From a bacterium (GTDB lineage: Bacteria; Patescibacteriota; Minisyncoccia; Phycocordibacterales; CAIZLB01): a stretch of DNA of 64,000 bases. Below the pieces are notes generated by a model. The model ran no database searches and was not told the origin of the DNA. It was given only the letters and a program-made list of their open reading frames with translations. Location: the NCBI GenBank assembly GCA_037142735.1, contig JBAXAB010000001.1:36915-100914 (forward strand), in the 5' to 3' direction. Positions 1 to 9,160 of the stretch are shown here, in pieces (the stretch's first letter is position 1; every line of letters starts with the position of its first letter). The position numbers and the translations under genes are program-made.

Positions 1-1
1 T

Positions 2-135
2 CAGTTGAAAGCCGCGCTTGTTCATAAGGAGGCAGCTGAGGATCATATGAAAGAAGCTGAAGATCATATAGAAGCTGCTAAGGAAAATAACAAATTTTTG
101 GTAAAAAAAATTCATCTGGACCAAAAAATTAAATA
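2..135 (+). CDS. 3' end of an ORF truncated by the window edge. Hypothetical, charged or coiled-coil-like C-terminus (...KEAAEDHMKEAEDHIEAAKENNKFLVKKIHLDQKIK*).
   Basis: Open frame from the window edge to a TAA at 133-135. No recognisable domain. Confidence 0.3.
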
Positions 136-150
136 AGTTCAACTTTCACT

Positions 151-180
151 ACAATGCTCCAAAGGTGGGAGGATGTTCCC
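151..180. repeat. Degenerate copy of the ~40-bp cassette-boundary repeat (core GGAGGATGTTC).
   Basis: ctccaaaggtgggaggatgttccc matches the core of the repeats at 757-796 and 1286-1325. Confidence 0.5.
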
Positions 181-210
181 GATTTCTTAGCTTCGAAGAA
201 GCTGTTGAAA

Positions 211-240
211 TCGTAGTCCTCGGGAGGATGTTCGAACCTA
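211..240. repeat. Partial copy of the ~40-bp cassette-boundary repeat (gggaggatgttcgaaccta).
   Basis: The 3' two-thirds of the repeat consensus, in tandem with the copy at 151-180. Confidence 0.55.
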
Positions 241-301
241 CCTTTGCCCATAAAACACAAAGCCCACCATCAGACGACAGAGGCTCGTGTTGAGTGGTGG
301 G

Positions 302-682
302 TTATCCAATGCAAGGGCATAGGCACACAAAGAGAATGTCAGTTTCCTGATGACCAGAGGGGTCTTTCTCATATGCGCCAAAGACACCTAGAAATGTATT
401 TGCCTCTGCTGGCCAGACATCACCCATGATGGTTCCTTGGTCTGACATTTCGATGATGTTTTCCCAGTGGATGCTAGTGTAGTATTCAGAGAGTATTTTA
501 CACACTTCTTCAAGTGGTATTTTTTCTTTGAATTTAAAACGCGTAGCATCACAGAGTAAACTATCCAGAGGGTCAACCAATTCACCTACGGTGCCAGGAA
601 TGACAGGCTTGTCTTCTTCAACGGGCAACAGAGCGCCCATGAACCTTGCTAGGAGAAACTCTCCTAAAGTATGTTTGCTCAT
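302..682 (-). CDS. Hypothetical protein (126 aa), cassette gene 1.
   Basis: ORF with an AAAGGA motif 6 nt upstream of the ATG. Flanked upstream by the 757-796 repeat and downstream by the repeat copies at 151-240. No recognisable domain. Confidence 0.5.
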   Translation of the reverse strand: MSKHTLGEFLLARFMGALLPVEEDKPVIPGTVGELVDPLDSLLCDATRFKFKEKIPLEEVCKILSEYYTSIHWENIIEMSDQGTIMGDVWPAEANTFLGVFGAYEKDPSGHQETDILFVCLCPCIG

Positions 683-756
683 ATTTATCCTTTCGTTGAT
701 GTTTATGTTCTGGGGTTCAGATTAAAAATACACTTAAATTATTAAAAGTAAAGTGA

Positions 757-796
757 CGTACTACGGCTCCAAAAGTGGGACGATGTTCGAACTTAC
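757..796. repeat. ~40-bp direct repeat (cgtactacggctccaaaagtgggacgatgttcgaacttac) abutting the NUDIX stop codon.
   Basis: 37/40 identical to 1286-1325. Contains the 8-bp palindrome GTTCGAAC and a small CTCC..GGAG hairpin. Confidence 0.8.
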
Positions 797-1258
797 TTAT
801 CTCAAAGACTTTAAATAAGTATCTAAAACCTCTTTTGTGAGCACAGAGAGATTCGGGGGTAAATTGCTTATTGGAAACCATTCTGTCTTTTTAATTTCCA
901 CTCGATTAAAAATAATCTCTTTTGAATCGCTATGGCCTACAAAAACACTGACAGTGTCATGGTGATAGGAGTGGTAGACATTAACTACCCCTACATTCTT
1001 AAGTTCTGATAATTCCAACTTCAATTCCTCTTCTGTTTCTCGTCTTGCAGCATCAATAGGATTTTCATTTTCCTTTACTCCACCTCCAGGGAAATCCCAT
1101 AAACCCCTATGCATGTATGTATGTTGAATTAATAAAATACTATCTCCGTTCCTTAATATAATCTGAACACCTTGTGTATTTGGGCGAGTAATAAACCACT
1201 TCAAGTAATATACTGCGTATCCAACCTTATATAATAATCTGCCCAAAAGATTTTTCAT
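797..1258 (-). CDS. NUDIX hydrolase (MutT-like).
   Basis: Nudix box GGGVKENENPIDAARRETEEELKLEL (GX5EX7REUXEEXGU pattern). Confidence 0.85.
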   Translation of the reverse strand: MKNLLGRLLYKVGYAVYYLKWFITRPNTQGVQIILRNGDSILLIQHTYMHRGLWDFPGGGVKENENPIDAARRETEEELKLELSELKNVGVVNVYHSYHHDTVSVFVGHSDSKEIIFNRVEIKKTEWFPISNLPPNLSVLTKEVLDTYLKSLR

Positions 1259-1285
1259 TGTTGAAGTATACCAAATCTTCCTAGA

Positions 1286-1325
1286 CGTACTACGGCTCCA
1301 AAAGTGGGAGGATGTTCGAACCTAT
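1286..1325. repeat. ~40-bp direct repeat (cgtactacggctccaaaagtgggaggatgttcgaacctat) overlapping the Fic stop codon.
   Basis: Near-identical to 757-796. Sits between the Fic stop (1322) and the NUDIX start (1258). Confidence 0.8.
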
Positions 1326-2308
1326 CTACTCAATAGCATTACAATCAATCCAACAACTTGATCTTTGTCCTTCGGACTGCTCTCTGCAACAAGGAGGGTT
1401 ATAGCTGTTAAGGCTTCTGGGGTCATACGATTTGTATCAAGCACTTTTGCTTTTCTCAGAAACCAGATAAAAGAAAGGGCGCCGCTTCTTTTATTTCCAT
1501 CAGAGAATGGGTGATTTTTAACGATGAAATATAATAGATGGGCTGCTTTTTCTTCAATACTGCCATAAACATCCTTGCCACCAAAAGATTGAAATACATT
1601 ACCAATAATGCCCGCTACACTTCCTTTTTCTCTTTCTTGCGCGAAAAGTTCTGTTGCCTCGTTAAGTGATAGAAGATTTTGCTTCAAATCGAGGATCGCA
1701 TTATGTAGTTCAGAACCTGTAATGACAACTTGTCTTTTGGTTAGTTTTTTACTTTTGAACTCTGATTTGTCGTACGCATCCAAAGAAAACCATGTGCTTG
1801 CGAATAGTTTTACGAGCTCAAGGGTATCTTGATTTTTTATATTACTTTGCTCTGGTAATAAATTTCTTACCTTCTCGACTGCTGATAGGAACGAATTATA
1901 ATTATGCTGTACGCGGTTTGGATTGATAGTGTAGCCCTTGATTACATGGGATTTTAAAACTTTTGTGGCCCACTGGCGAAATCTTGTGGCTTGCTTTGAA
2001 TTTACTCTATATCCGACAGATATAATTACGTCTAGGTTGTAGCGTTCTATGCTTCGTTCTACCTTTCGCCCACCTTCAGTTTGAACTGTTGCATTTTTTG
2101 CAACAGTTGATTTTCTAGATAATTCTCCCGAACTGTAAATATCCTTGATGTGTCTTGATATAACGGATTTATCACGACCAAAAACATCGGCAATCTGATT
2201 CAAACTCGCCCATAAAGTTTCCTTGTCTGTATCAACTTGAAAGTTGATATCTCCTTTTGAGTCTTTGTATATTGCAATTTCCTTTGTCATTAGGGAATAT
2301 TGTAACAC
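1322..2308 (-). CDS. Fic/DOC family protein with an N-terminal RhuM-like DNA-binding domain.
   Basis: C-terminal Fic motif HPFSDGNKRSG (HPFx[DE]GNGR). The N-terminal ~130 aa resemble the RhuM/virulence-protein family. Confidence 0.8.
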   Translation of the reverse strand: MLQYSLMTKEIAIYKDSKGDINFQVDTDKETLWASLNQIADVFGRDKSVISRHIKDIYSSGELSRKSTVAKNATVQTEGGRKVERSIERYNLDVIISVGYRVNSKQATRFRQWATKVLKSHVIKGYTINPNRVQHNYNSFLSAVEKVRNLLPEQSNIKNQDTLELVKLFASTWFSLDAYDKSEFKSKKLTKRQVVITGSELHNAILDLKQNLLSLNEATELFAQEREKGSVAGIIGNVFQSFGGKDVYGSIEEKAAHLLYFIVKNHPFSDGNKRSGALSFIWFLRKAKVLDTNRMTPEALTAITLLVAESSPKDKDQVVGLIVMLLSR

Positions 2309-2434
2309 AAGGGGACTAAATAAAAATTAAGAAGTTATGAAAATCTAGTTTTTATAATGCTCCCCGCCTGGGGATCGTACCTAAATTGGCAAAAGGCTAT
2401 TAAATCAGTATTTTTATGCTATTATCATTCAACT

Positions 2435-3535
2435 ATGGCAAAACTTTCTATCGGAATTGTAGGGCTCCCGAATGTTGGTAAATCAACATTATTTAACGCG
2501 CTCACAAAAAAATCTGTCCCTGCAGAGAACTATCCATTTTGTACTATTGATCCATCCGTTGGAATTGTTCCAGTACCTGACGAGCGTTTATACAAATTAG
2601 CCTCATTTTCTGAAACAGAAAAAACCGTCCCGGCTGTTATTGAATTTGTTGATATCGCAGGGCTTGTTAAAGGTGCCTCTGAAGGAGAAGGTTTAGGAAA
2701 TCAATTTTTGTCCCATATTCGAGAGGTTGATGCAATTGCCGAAGTGGTTAGAATTTTTGAAGACGGAAATGTAATTCATGTTCATGGGAAAGTTGACCCT
2801 ATTAATGACATTGGTGTTATTAACCTTGAATTGATTTTAGCTGATACAGGCACTGTGACAAAACGCCTTGGCAGTCTAGAGAAAGACGTAAAAAAAGGAG
2901 ACAAACTGGCTATAAAAGAAAAAGAAGCACTCACGAAAATTGCCGAAGGCCTGGAAAATGAAAAACTAGCACGTGAAGTTAATCTGACCCCGGAAGAAAA
3001 CGAAGCGATCAAGAACCTAAGTCTTTTGACCATGAAGCCAATCATGTACATCTTGAATCGTAAGGCGGGAAGTGTAAATTTAGATGATGTGAAGGACGGT
3101 AGATTTGAAAAATTGATCGAATTCTTTAAAGAAAAAAATGCGATGTGGACAATTGTTGACGCAGGAGTTGAACATGAACTAAAAGATTTGGAAGGAGACG
3201 AGAAAGAGATGTTTCGAAAAGAATTAGGGGCAAAAGATGATGGAATTAACGCACTTATTAAAAAAGGGTACGAACTTTTGAATTTAGAAACATATTTTAC
3301 GACTGGAAAGGTAGAGACGAGGGCTTGGACTATTGCCAAAGGTTCGACTGCTCCTGTTGCTGGAATGGCAATTCACACAGACTTCAAGGAAAAGTTCATC
3401 AGAGCTGAAATAATCTTTTGGTCAGATCTTTTAAATGCAGGATCATTTGGAACTGCCAGAGAGAAGGGGTTATTGAGGACAGAAGGGAAGGATTATGTGG
3501 TAAAGGATGGAGATGTGATTGAGTTTAAGATATAA
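2435..3535 (+). CDS. ychF: Ribosome-binding ATPase YchF (Obg-family GTPase).
   Basis: MAKLSIGIVGLPNVGKSTLFNALT G1 motif, NYPFCTIDP, C-terminal TGS-like domain. Start moved to the MAKLS ATG at 2435. Confidence 0.95.
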   Translation: MAKLSIGIVGLPNVGKSTLFNALTKKSVPAENYPFCTIDPSVGIVPVPDERLYKLASFSETEKTVPAVIEFVDIAGLVKGASEGEGLGNQFLSHIREVDAIAEVVRIFEDGNVIHVHGKVDPINDIGVINLELILADTGTVTKRLGSLEKDVKKGDKLAIKEKEALTKIAEGLENEKLAREVNLTPEENEAIKNLSLLTMKPIMYILNRKAGSVNLDDVKDGRFEKLIEFFKEKNAMWTIVDAGVEHELKDLEGDEKEMFRKELGAKDDGINALIKKGYELLNLETYFTTGKVETRAWTIAKGSTAPVAGMAIHTDFKEKFIRAEIIFWSDLLNAGSFGTAREKGLLRTEGKDYVVKDGDVIEFKI

Positions 3536-3619
3536 ACTATGGAAAATAAGGGTTTTTTGCCAATTTTAATATAATACTAAAAAATACTTGACATATATTT
3601 AATATGTGCTAGGGTTTTA

Positions 3620-4215
3620 TCAGCGCGAAGGTTCTTTGAACAAAACATCTACGTATCTTGATGGCCGCGAGGTCAATCAAAGGTAAAGATGTCGAACCCT
3701 CTCCGCTCTGGTTACTCGTCCGACGTGTCGTAAACCAGTGTATGCGAAGAACAAACAGCATGTGAGTACCAAGTCAAAGGCACGCTGTTTCGCTAGGCAC
3801 AAAGATAAGTCCGGCGCACAAATGGATGCTTGTCCAAAGCTCCTACTCTATGGGTCCACAGGCGCCGTAAAGCGACATCGAATCGTCGGGAGGGGCAACG
3901 TGCTACCACCCGCTATCGAACTCGCAGCCGCCACCATCGCCGTCGCACAATGCGCGGCCGAGCATCAGAGATGGCCCAAGAAAATCTCAAGGACGAAAAC
4001 GAGCCGGGCAACCTTGAGAATGGACAGCGCTGCGGCGCAACAGGTTTCGATCAATCCCAGGTCGAAAGTGCAGGCAGTCTCGGCAGACACCGAAGCTGAA
4101 CCCGAAGTTCTTACCCGCACACCGAAGGGTACCCCGCTGTTGCGCGCCCCACGCGTGCACAGCGGGGGCCCGACGGCCTCCCACACACTGATCCCACCCC
4201 GGGGTCTTTTTTTGT
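3620..4215 (+). other. GC-rich island 1: ~600-nt segment ending in an intrinsic terminator. Candidate structured ncRNA or small-ORF cassette. Diverged paralog of the element at 18459-18860.
   Basis: Sharp GC rise versus neighbours. Extended hairpins, e.g. CCCCGCUGU..ACAGCGGGG. Conserved blocks shared with island 2 (TCGAACTC..CGCCACCA, ATGG..GACGAAAAC, GGCCCG..CCTCCCACAC). Only low-complexity overlapping ORFs. Confidence 0.4.
4193..4214 (+). terminator. Rho-independent terminator (CCCCGGGG hairpin plus a T7 run).
   Basis: acCCCGGGGtcttttttt lies immediately upstream of the leuS promoter region. Confidence 0.8.
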
Positions 4216-4267
4216 ACCTGAATTAGCGTTACTATCCATTTTTTGCTACTATTATTTTCATACTTTT

Positions 4268-6694
4268 ATGAAAAAGAAGGCCTCAAAATCTGTCTCAAAA
4301 ATCTCTTCAGTCTACGACCACTTAAAAATCGAAAAAAAGTGGCAAGCTGATTGGAAAAAATCGGGAATTTACAAAACCAAAGAGGGAGGTAAAAAGCCAA
4401 AAGCCTACGTCTTGGACATGTTTCCATATCCATCTGGTTCTGGACTTCACGTTGGGCACCCAAAGGGATACATCGCAACAGACGTATTCGCTCGTTTTAA
4501 ACGCATGTCTGGATTTAATGTTTTACATCCAATGGGTTGGGATGCGTTCGGATTACCAGCAGAGGAGTTTGCTTTAAAAAACAAAATTCATCCGAGTATA
4601 GCAGTCAAGACGAATGTAAAGTGTTATAAGGACCAACTTTCAATCCTCGGTTTCTGCTATGACTGGGATCGAGAAGTAAACACCACTGATCCTGAATACT
4701 ATAAATGGACTCAATGGGCGTTTTTACAGATGCATAAAAAAGGTTTGACGTATGAATCTCACGAACCTATCAATTGGTGTCCTTCGTGTAAAACTGGTCT
4801 TGCTAATGAAGATTTAGACAATGGAAAGTGTGAACGCTGTGGTTCAATTGTCGAAAAGAAGCCGATTCGTCAGTGGGTGATTGGCATTACAAAATATGCA
4901 GATAGACTTTTAAGTGATCTGGATGCTTTAGATTGGCCAAATTCTATTAAAGAGTCTCAGAAAAATTGGATTGGTCGTAGTGAAGGATCAGAATTAACCT
5001 TTGAAATTAAAGGTGGAGAGTCCGTCAGTGTTTTTACTACGCGTCCAGATACAATTTTTGGTGTGACATATCTTGTCCTTGCACCTGAGCATCATTTGAT
5101 TGAAAAAATAAAACCACGAATTGAAAACTGGGATAAAGTTCAGTCATTCATCAAAGACGTAGCCAAAAAAACGCAGATCGAACGAACGGCTGAGGGGAAA
5201 GAAAAAACCGGTGTACATTTATCTGGAATTTCTGCTGTGAATCCTGCGAATGGTGAAAAAGTACCCGTCTGGATTGCGGATTACGTTTTAGCAGATTACG
5301 GAACAGGTGCGGTTATGGCAGTACCGGCACATGACGAACGTGATTTTGTCTTTGCTAAAAAATATAACTTACCGATTATGGCAGTAATTGGATCCGAACA
5401 TGTGTCAGACGAAAAAGCCTACACCGGCGGTGGAACTTTGATTAATTCTGGAAAGTTTAACGGAAAAGATTCAGAATCTGTGATTAAGGAAATCACCAAA
5501 TTCTGTAATGGAAAATTAGTAGTGCGCTATAAATTACGAGACTGGGTATTTTCACGTCAGAGATACTGGGGAGAGCCGATTCCACTTGTTCACTGTGCTT
5601 CATGTGGAGTGGTGCCTGTGCCTGAAAAAGAACTTCCACTAAAACTTCCTAATGTAAAATTCTACGAACCGACAGGGACTGGAGAATCTCCTTTGGCTGC
5701 AATCGACAAATGGGTCAATACTAAATGTCCACAATGTAAGGGTCCTGCAAAACGCGAGACGAATACCATGCCTCAATGGGCTGGATCATGTTGGTATTAC
5801 CTTCGATACATGGATCCGAAAAATAAAAAGATGCTCGTGGATCCTAAAAAAGAAAAGTACTGGTCACCAGTTGATGTGTACGTTGGTGGCACCGAGCACG
5901 CAACGAGACACTTGATCTATGCAAGATTTTGGCACAAGTTTTTATATGATATTGGAGTCGTTTCCCAATCAGAACCATTTACGCAATTGCGAAATCAGGG
6001 ATTGATTATGGGACCTGATGGACAAAAAATGAGCAAGCGTTTTGGAAACGTAGTAAACCCAGATGATATTGTGAAATTATATGGAGCTGACAGTCTACGT
6101 GTATACGAAATGTTTATGGGTCCATTTGAGCAAGCGATCTCATGGAGTACTGACAACATGCTTGGTTCAAGACGATTTATTGAGCGTGTTTGGAGATTGA
6201 AACAGAAAATTTCTAAAGATTCTGTTAAAAAGGATACCGAACAACTTCTACATAAGACAATTAAAAAAGTAGGACAAGACATTCAGGGTTTTTCTCACAA
6301 TACTGCCATTTCATCAATGATGATTCTCTTAAATGCCCTAGAAAGTGAGGCTTCTGTTGATAAAAAAACGTATGAAACTCTTCTTCTTATCCTCGCTCCA
6401 TTTACTCCACATATCACTGATGATTTATGGTCTCAACTAGGACACAAAAAGAGCATACATTTGGAGGTGTGGCCTACATATGATGAATCAAAATTAATCA
6501 GTGATTCATTTAAAATAATGATCCAAGTTAATGGAAAAATACGTGGGTCACTAGAGACTAATAATCCTGAGGAAGCCTTTGTAATTAAGGCTGCAAAGGA
6601 AAAACCCGAGATTAAAAAGTATCTCGATGGTAATGAAATTATCAAGGAAATTTACGTCAAAAATAAGCTTGTCAACTTCGTCGTCAAGGGGTAA
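4268..6694 (+). CDS. leuS: Leucine--tRNA ligase.
   Basis: HIGH motif (HVGHP), KMSKS (QKMSKRFGN), CP1 editing domain, ~808 aa. Confidence 0.97.
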   Translation: MKKKASKSVSKISSVYDHLKIEKKWQADWKKSGIYKTKEGGKKPKAYVLDMFPYPSGSGLHVGHPKGYIATDVFARFKRMSGFNVLHPMGWDAFGLPAEEFALKNKIHPSIAVKTNVKCYKDQLSILGFCYDWDREVNTTDPEYYKWTQWAFLQMHKKGLTYESHEPINWCPSCKTGLANEDLDNGKCERCGSIVEKKPIRQWVIGITKYADRLLSDLDALDWPNSIKESQKNWIGRSEGSELTFEIKGGESVSVFTTRPDTIFGVTYLVLAPEHHLIEKIKPRIENWDKVQSFIKDVAKKTQIERTAEGKEKTGVHLSGISAVNPANGEKVPVWIADYVLADYGTGAVMAVPAHDERDFVFAKKYNLPIMAVIGSEHVSDEKAYTGGGTLINSGKFNGKDSESVIKEITKFCNGKLVVRYKLRDWVFSRQRYWGEPIPLVHCASCGVVPVPEKELPLKLPNVKFYEPTGTGESPLAAIDKWVNTKCPQCKGPAKRETNTMPQWAGSCWYYLRYMDPKNKKMLVDPKKEKYWSPVDVYVGGTEHATRHLIYARFWHKFLYDIGVVSQSEPFTQLRNQGLIMGPDGQKMSKRFGNVVNPDDIVKLYGADSLRVYEMFMGPFEQAISWSTDNMLGSRRFIERVWRLKQKISKDSVKKDTEQLLHKTIKKVGQDIQGFSHNTAISSMMILLNALESEASVDKKTYETLLLILAPFTPHITDDLWSQLGHKKSIHLEVWPTYDESKLISDSFKIMIQVNGKIRGSLETNNPEEAFVIKAAKEKPEIKKYLDGNEIIKEIYVKNKLVNFVVKG

Positions 6695-6757
6695 CTTGAC
6701 GGTATTCCGCATTTATGCTAAAACTAATACTAATTAAACGACAAATTAGCATATAAC

Positions 6758-7810
6758 ATGGCAATAGCAAACCTTCCATTCAAACCAAAACAGGTCACCA
6801 AGAAACTTCTTTCGTCACTGCACGAAAGAGCTCGGTTGGTTATCATAAAAAGATACGGTCTTGATAAAAATTCTGAGAGAATGACGCTTGAAGGTATCGG
6901 CCAGGACTACAATATCACTCGCGAACGTGTCCGCCAGATCGAAAATGCTGCTATTGCTAATATTCGTAAATCCTCACAATTCAGAGAAGAGGCCGCTTCT
7001 TTCTTGGCTCTTGAAACATTGATCCGTGACCTTGGTTCATTAATTTCAGAAGAAGATTTATTGAATCATCTTGCGAAAGATCCTTCTACAAAGAATCATT
7101 TCCATTTCATGCTCACTGTTGGTCTAACATTTAAAAAAGAACGCGAAGACGAAGAGTTTAAACACCGATGGCACGTTGATCCTGAATTAACTAAAAGAAT
7201 TCACGAAGCACTTAGAAAACTTTACAAATCTCTTTCAAATGATGACCTTGTTCCAGAATCTGAAATGATTCAGATGTTTTTCGATAACTTAAAAGACATT
7301 AATGACAAGTACAAGAGCGATGAAGTGTCCAAACGATGGTTACGCATTTCAAAACACATTGATAAGAATCCATTGGGTGAATGGGGCAAGACAAGTTCGC
7401 CAAATGTAAAGACAAAAGGCATCAGAGACTTTGCTTTTTTGGCTATGCGAAAACATGGTTCTCCAATCCACTTCCGAGACATTGCAAAATTGATCGAAAA
7501 ACTTTTCAACAAGAAAGCGCACATCGCAACGACTCATAATGAACTGATCAAGGATAAACGATTCGTCTTAGTTGGACGAGGTTTATATGCATTGGCAGAA
7601 TGGGGATACCTCAGTGGTGTTGTAAAGGATGTTATAAAGAAAGTTCTAGACAAACACGGTCCACTTCCAAAGGATGAAATCATTCAAAAAGTTTTAAAGG
7701 AAAGATTTGTAAAAGAAAACACTATCCTCGTTAACTTACAGAACAACAAATTCTTCAAAAAGGACAAAGATGGACGTTACCACATGGTAGATTTCACTGC
7801 TACTAAATAA
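6758..7810 (+). CDS. Sigma-70 region 4 domain protein with a C-terminal HARE-HTH domain.
   Basis: N-terminal region-4.2-like GIGQDYNITRERVRQIENAAIANIRK. C-terminal HARE-HTH signature FVLVGRGLYALAEWGY. Confidence 0.8.
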   Translation: MAIANLPFKPKQVTKKLLSSLHERARLVIIKRYGLDKNSERMTLEGIGQDYNITRERVRQIENAAIANIRKSSQFREEAASFLALETLIRDLGSLISEEDLLNHLAKDPSTKNHFHFMLTVGLTFKKEREDEEFKHRWHVDPELTKRIHEALRKLYKSLSNDDLVPESEMIQMFFDNLKDINDKYKSDEVSKRWLRISKHIDKNPLGEWGKTSSPNVKTKGIRDFAFLAMRKHGSPIHFRDIAKLIEKLFNKKAHIATTHNELIKDKRFVLVGRGLYALAEWGYLSGVVKDVIKKVLDKHGPLPKDEIIQKVLKERFVKENTILVNLQNNKFFKKDKDGRYHMVDFTATK

Positions 7811-7851
7811 TCGACTAGTATTTTCATACACAGTAAGTTAAAATACTACTG

Positions 7852-9144
7852 ATGTATCTTGCTCTCATTCAATCTTCACTTGGGCCAGCTTTCACCTTTA
7901 TCTATTTGGTTGCTATTATCGCGATACCAATAGTGTTGTTTTTTGAACTTAATAAGAAATGGCAGAAATACCTACATGCTTATTATTTTAACAAACAAAC
8001 ATACACAGTTCTTGAATTAAAGATTCCAAAAAACAATACCAAATCACCACTTGCCATGGAGATTTTTCTTAATGCCCTTCAACAACCAGGAAAGGATTAC
8101 GAATGGAGAAAAAAATGGTGGACAGGAGAGGTTCGTGCCTGGTTCTCGCTAGAGATATGTTCGTTCGAAGGTAATGTACGTTTTTTTATATGGACAAAAA
8201 CAAAATATAAAGATTTACTAGAGAACCAGTTGTATTCTCAGTATCCAGATATTGAAATTAGTGACGTCGGCGCGCGTGACTATACGTACAACATACCCTT
8301 TGATGAAAGTAAGTATGAATACTGGGCTACCGAATGGAGAAAAAGAGAGCCTTCTCACTTACCTATAAAAACCTACATGGCTTTTGGACTTCAAGATGAT
8401 CCAAAAGAAGAATTTAGAATCGATCCAATTACACCACTTTTTGAATTTTTAGGATCACTGAAAAAAGGAGAACAGGTATGGTATCAAATTTGTGTCCGAG
8501 CACACGGAAAGGACAAATTTGATAAGGGAAAAGGTGCCTACGTTGACTGGAAGCACGCTGCTCAGAAGGATGTGTTGAAACTGACAAAACGAGATGCTCC
8601 TAATAAAGATGATAAATTTAATTTCATCATTTTGACCAAGGGTGAAAAACAAGCAGCGGATGCAATTGAAGACAACATTACAAAAGCAGCTTTCGATGTC
8701 GGAATTCGTGTTATCTATGCGGCAGAGAAAAGTGTATATCAAAAAAGTACCGTAGGTCGTATTAAAGCTTCGTTTAACCAGTTCAATGCCCCGAATTTGA
8801 ATAGTTTTGCTCGTGTGAATGACATTGACGATGACAAGTGGCGTTACCATTACTTACCATTCGGAAACAAGAGACTTTCTCGTCATAAAAAAAGACTTTT
8901 CGATCTTTATCGGCACCGATCGTTCTTTTATAGAGACTTTGTTCCGTATCCTCACAAAGAGGAAGAATTGATTTCGAACTTCTGGGTTTCAGATATAACA
9001 ACATGGTTTGATTCAAAAATCACCACATTCAGTGCTGAAGAGCTAGCAACTATTTACCACTTCCCAGGAGAAGTCGCAAAGACGCCAAGTGTAAACCGTG
9101 TGACTGCCAAGAAAGCCGAACCACCATCAAACTTACCTCAATAA
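7852..9144 (+). CDS. Hypothetical membrane-anchored protein (430 aa).
   Basis: N-terminal TM helix, Trp/Lys-rich, no recognisable catalytic motif. Directly downstream of the sigma-r4/HARE-HTH gene. Confidence 0.65.
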   Translation: MYLALIQSSLGPAFTFIYLVAIIAIPIVLFFELNKKWQKYLHAYYFNKQTYTVLELKIPKNNTKSPLAMEIFLNALQQPGKDYEWRKKWWTGEVRAWFSLEICSFEGNVRFFIWTKTKYKDLLENQLYSQYPDIEISDVGARDYTYNIPFDESKYEYWATEWRKREPSHLPIKTYMAFGLQDDPKEEFRIDPITPLFEFLGSLKKGEQVWYQICVRAHGKDKFDKGKGAYVDWKHAAQKDVLKLTKRDAPNKDDKFNFIILTKGEKQAADAIEDNITKAAFDVGIRVIYAAEKSVYQKSTVGRIKASFNQFNAPNLNSFARVNDIDDDKWRYHYLPFGNKRLSRHKKRLFDLYRHRSFFYRDFVPYPHKEEELISNFWVSDITTWFDSKITTFSAEELATIYHFPGEVAKTPSVNRVTAKKAEPPSNLPQ

Positions 9145-9160
9145 TTTTAATTCATATCTA

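Noticed and set aside
757-796. The 40-bp repeat as a tRNA 3' fragment or att site, because of GTTCGAAC.
   Set aside because: No T-stem complementarity and no acceptor/CCA structure could be built. No integrase is adjacent. Kept only as a generic direct repeat.
2782-3339. 185-aa minus-strand ORF inside ychF, and the similar antisense ORFs inside leuS, alaS, mnmA, asnB and others listed in the track.
   Set aside because: Fully embedded antisense to well-supported conserved genes, with low-complexity Ser/Phe/Ile-rich translations typical of AT-rich antisense frames.
3620-4215. Identification of island 1 as RNase P RNA, tmRNA (including a permuted form suggested by an internal GCCGCCACCA) or a T-box leader for leuS.
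   Set aside because: Only fragmentary resemblances: AAGUCCGG, GACGAAAAC, and GGGUACCCCGC versus the T-box GGGUGGNACCGCG. No canonical T-loop, P4 partner or tag-peptide ending was found. A paralog at 18.5 kb makes a single-copy housekeeping RNA unlikely. A covariance-model search is needed.
3738-4226. 162-aa ORF (and overlapping 89-, 73- and 65-aa ORFs on both strands) across GC-rich island 1.
   Set aside because: Low-complexity Arg/Ala/Pro-rich translation. It reads straight through the terminator hairpin, and several overlapping frames are open on both strands, as expected for GC-rich non-coding sequence. Treated as ORF-finder artefacts.
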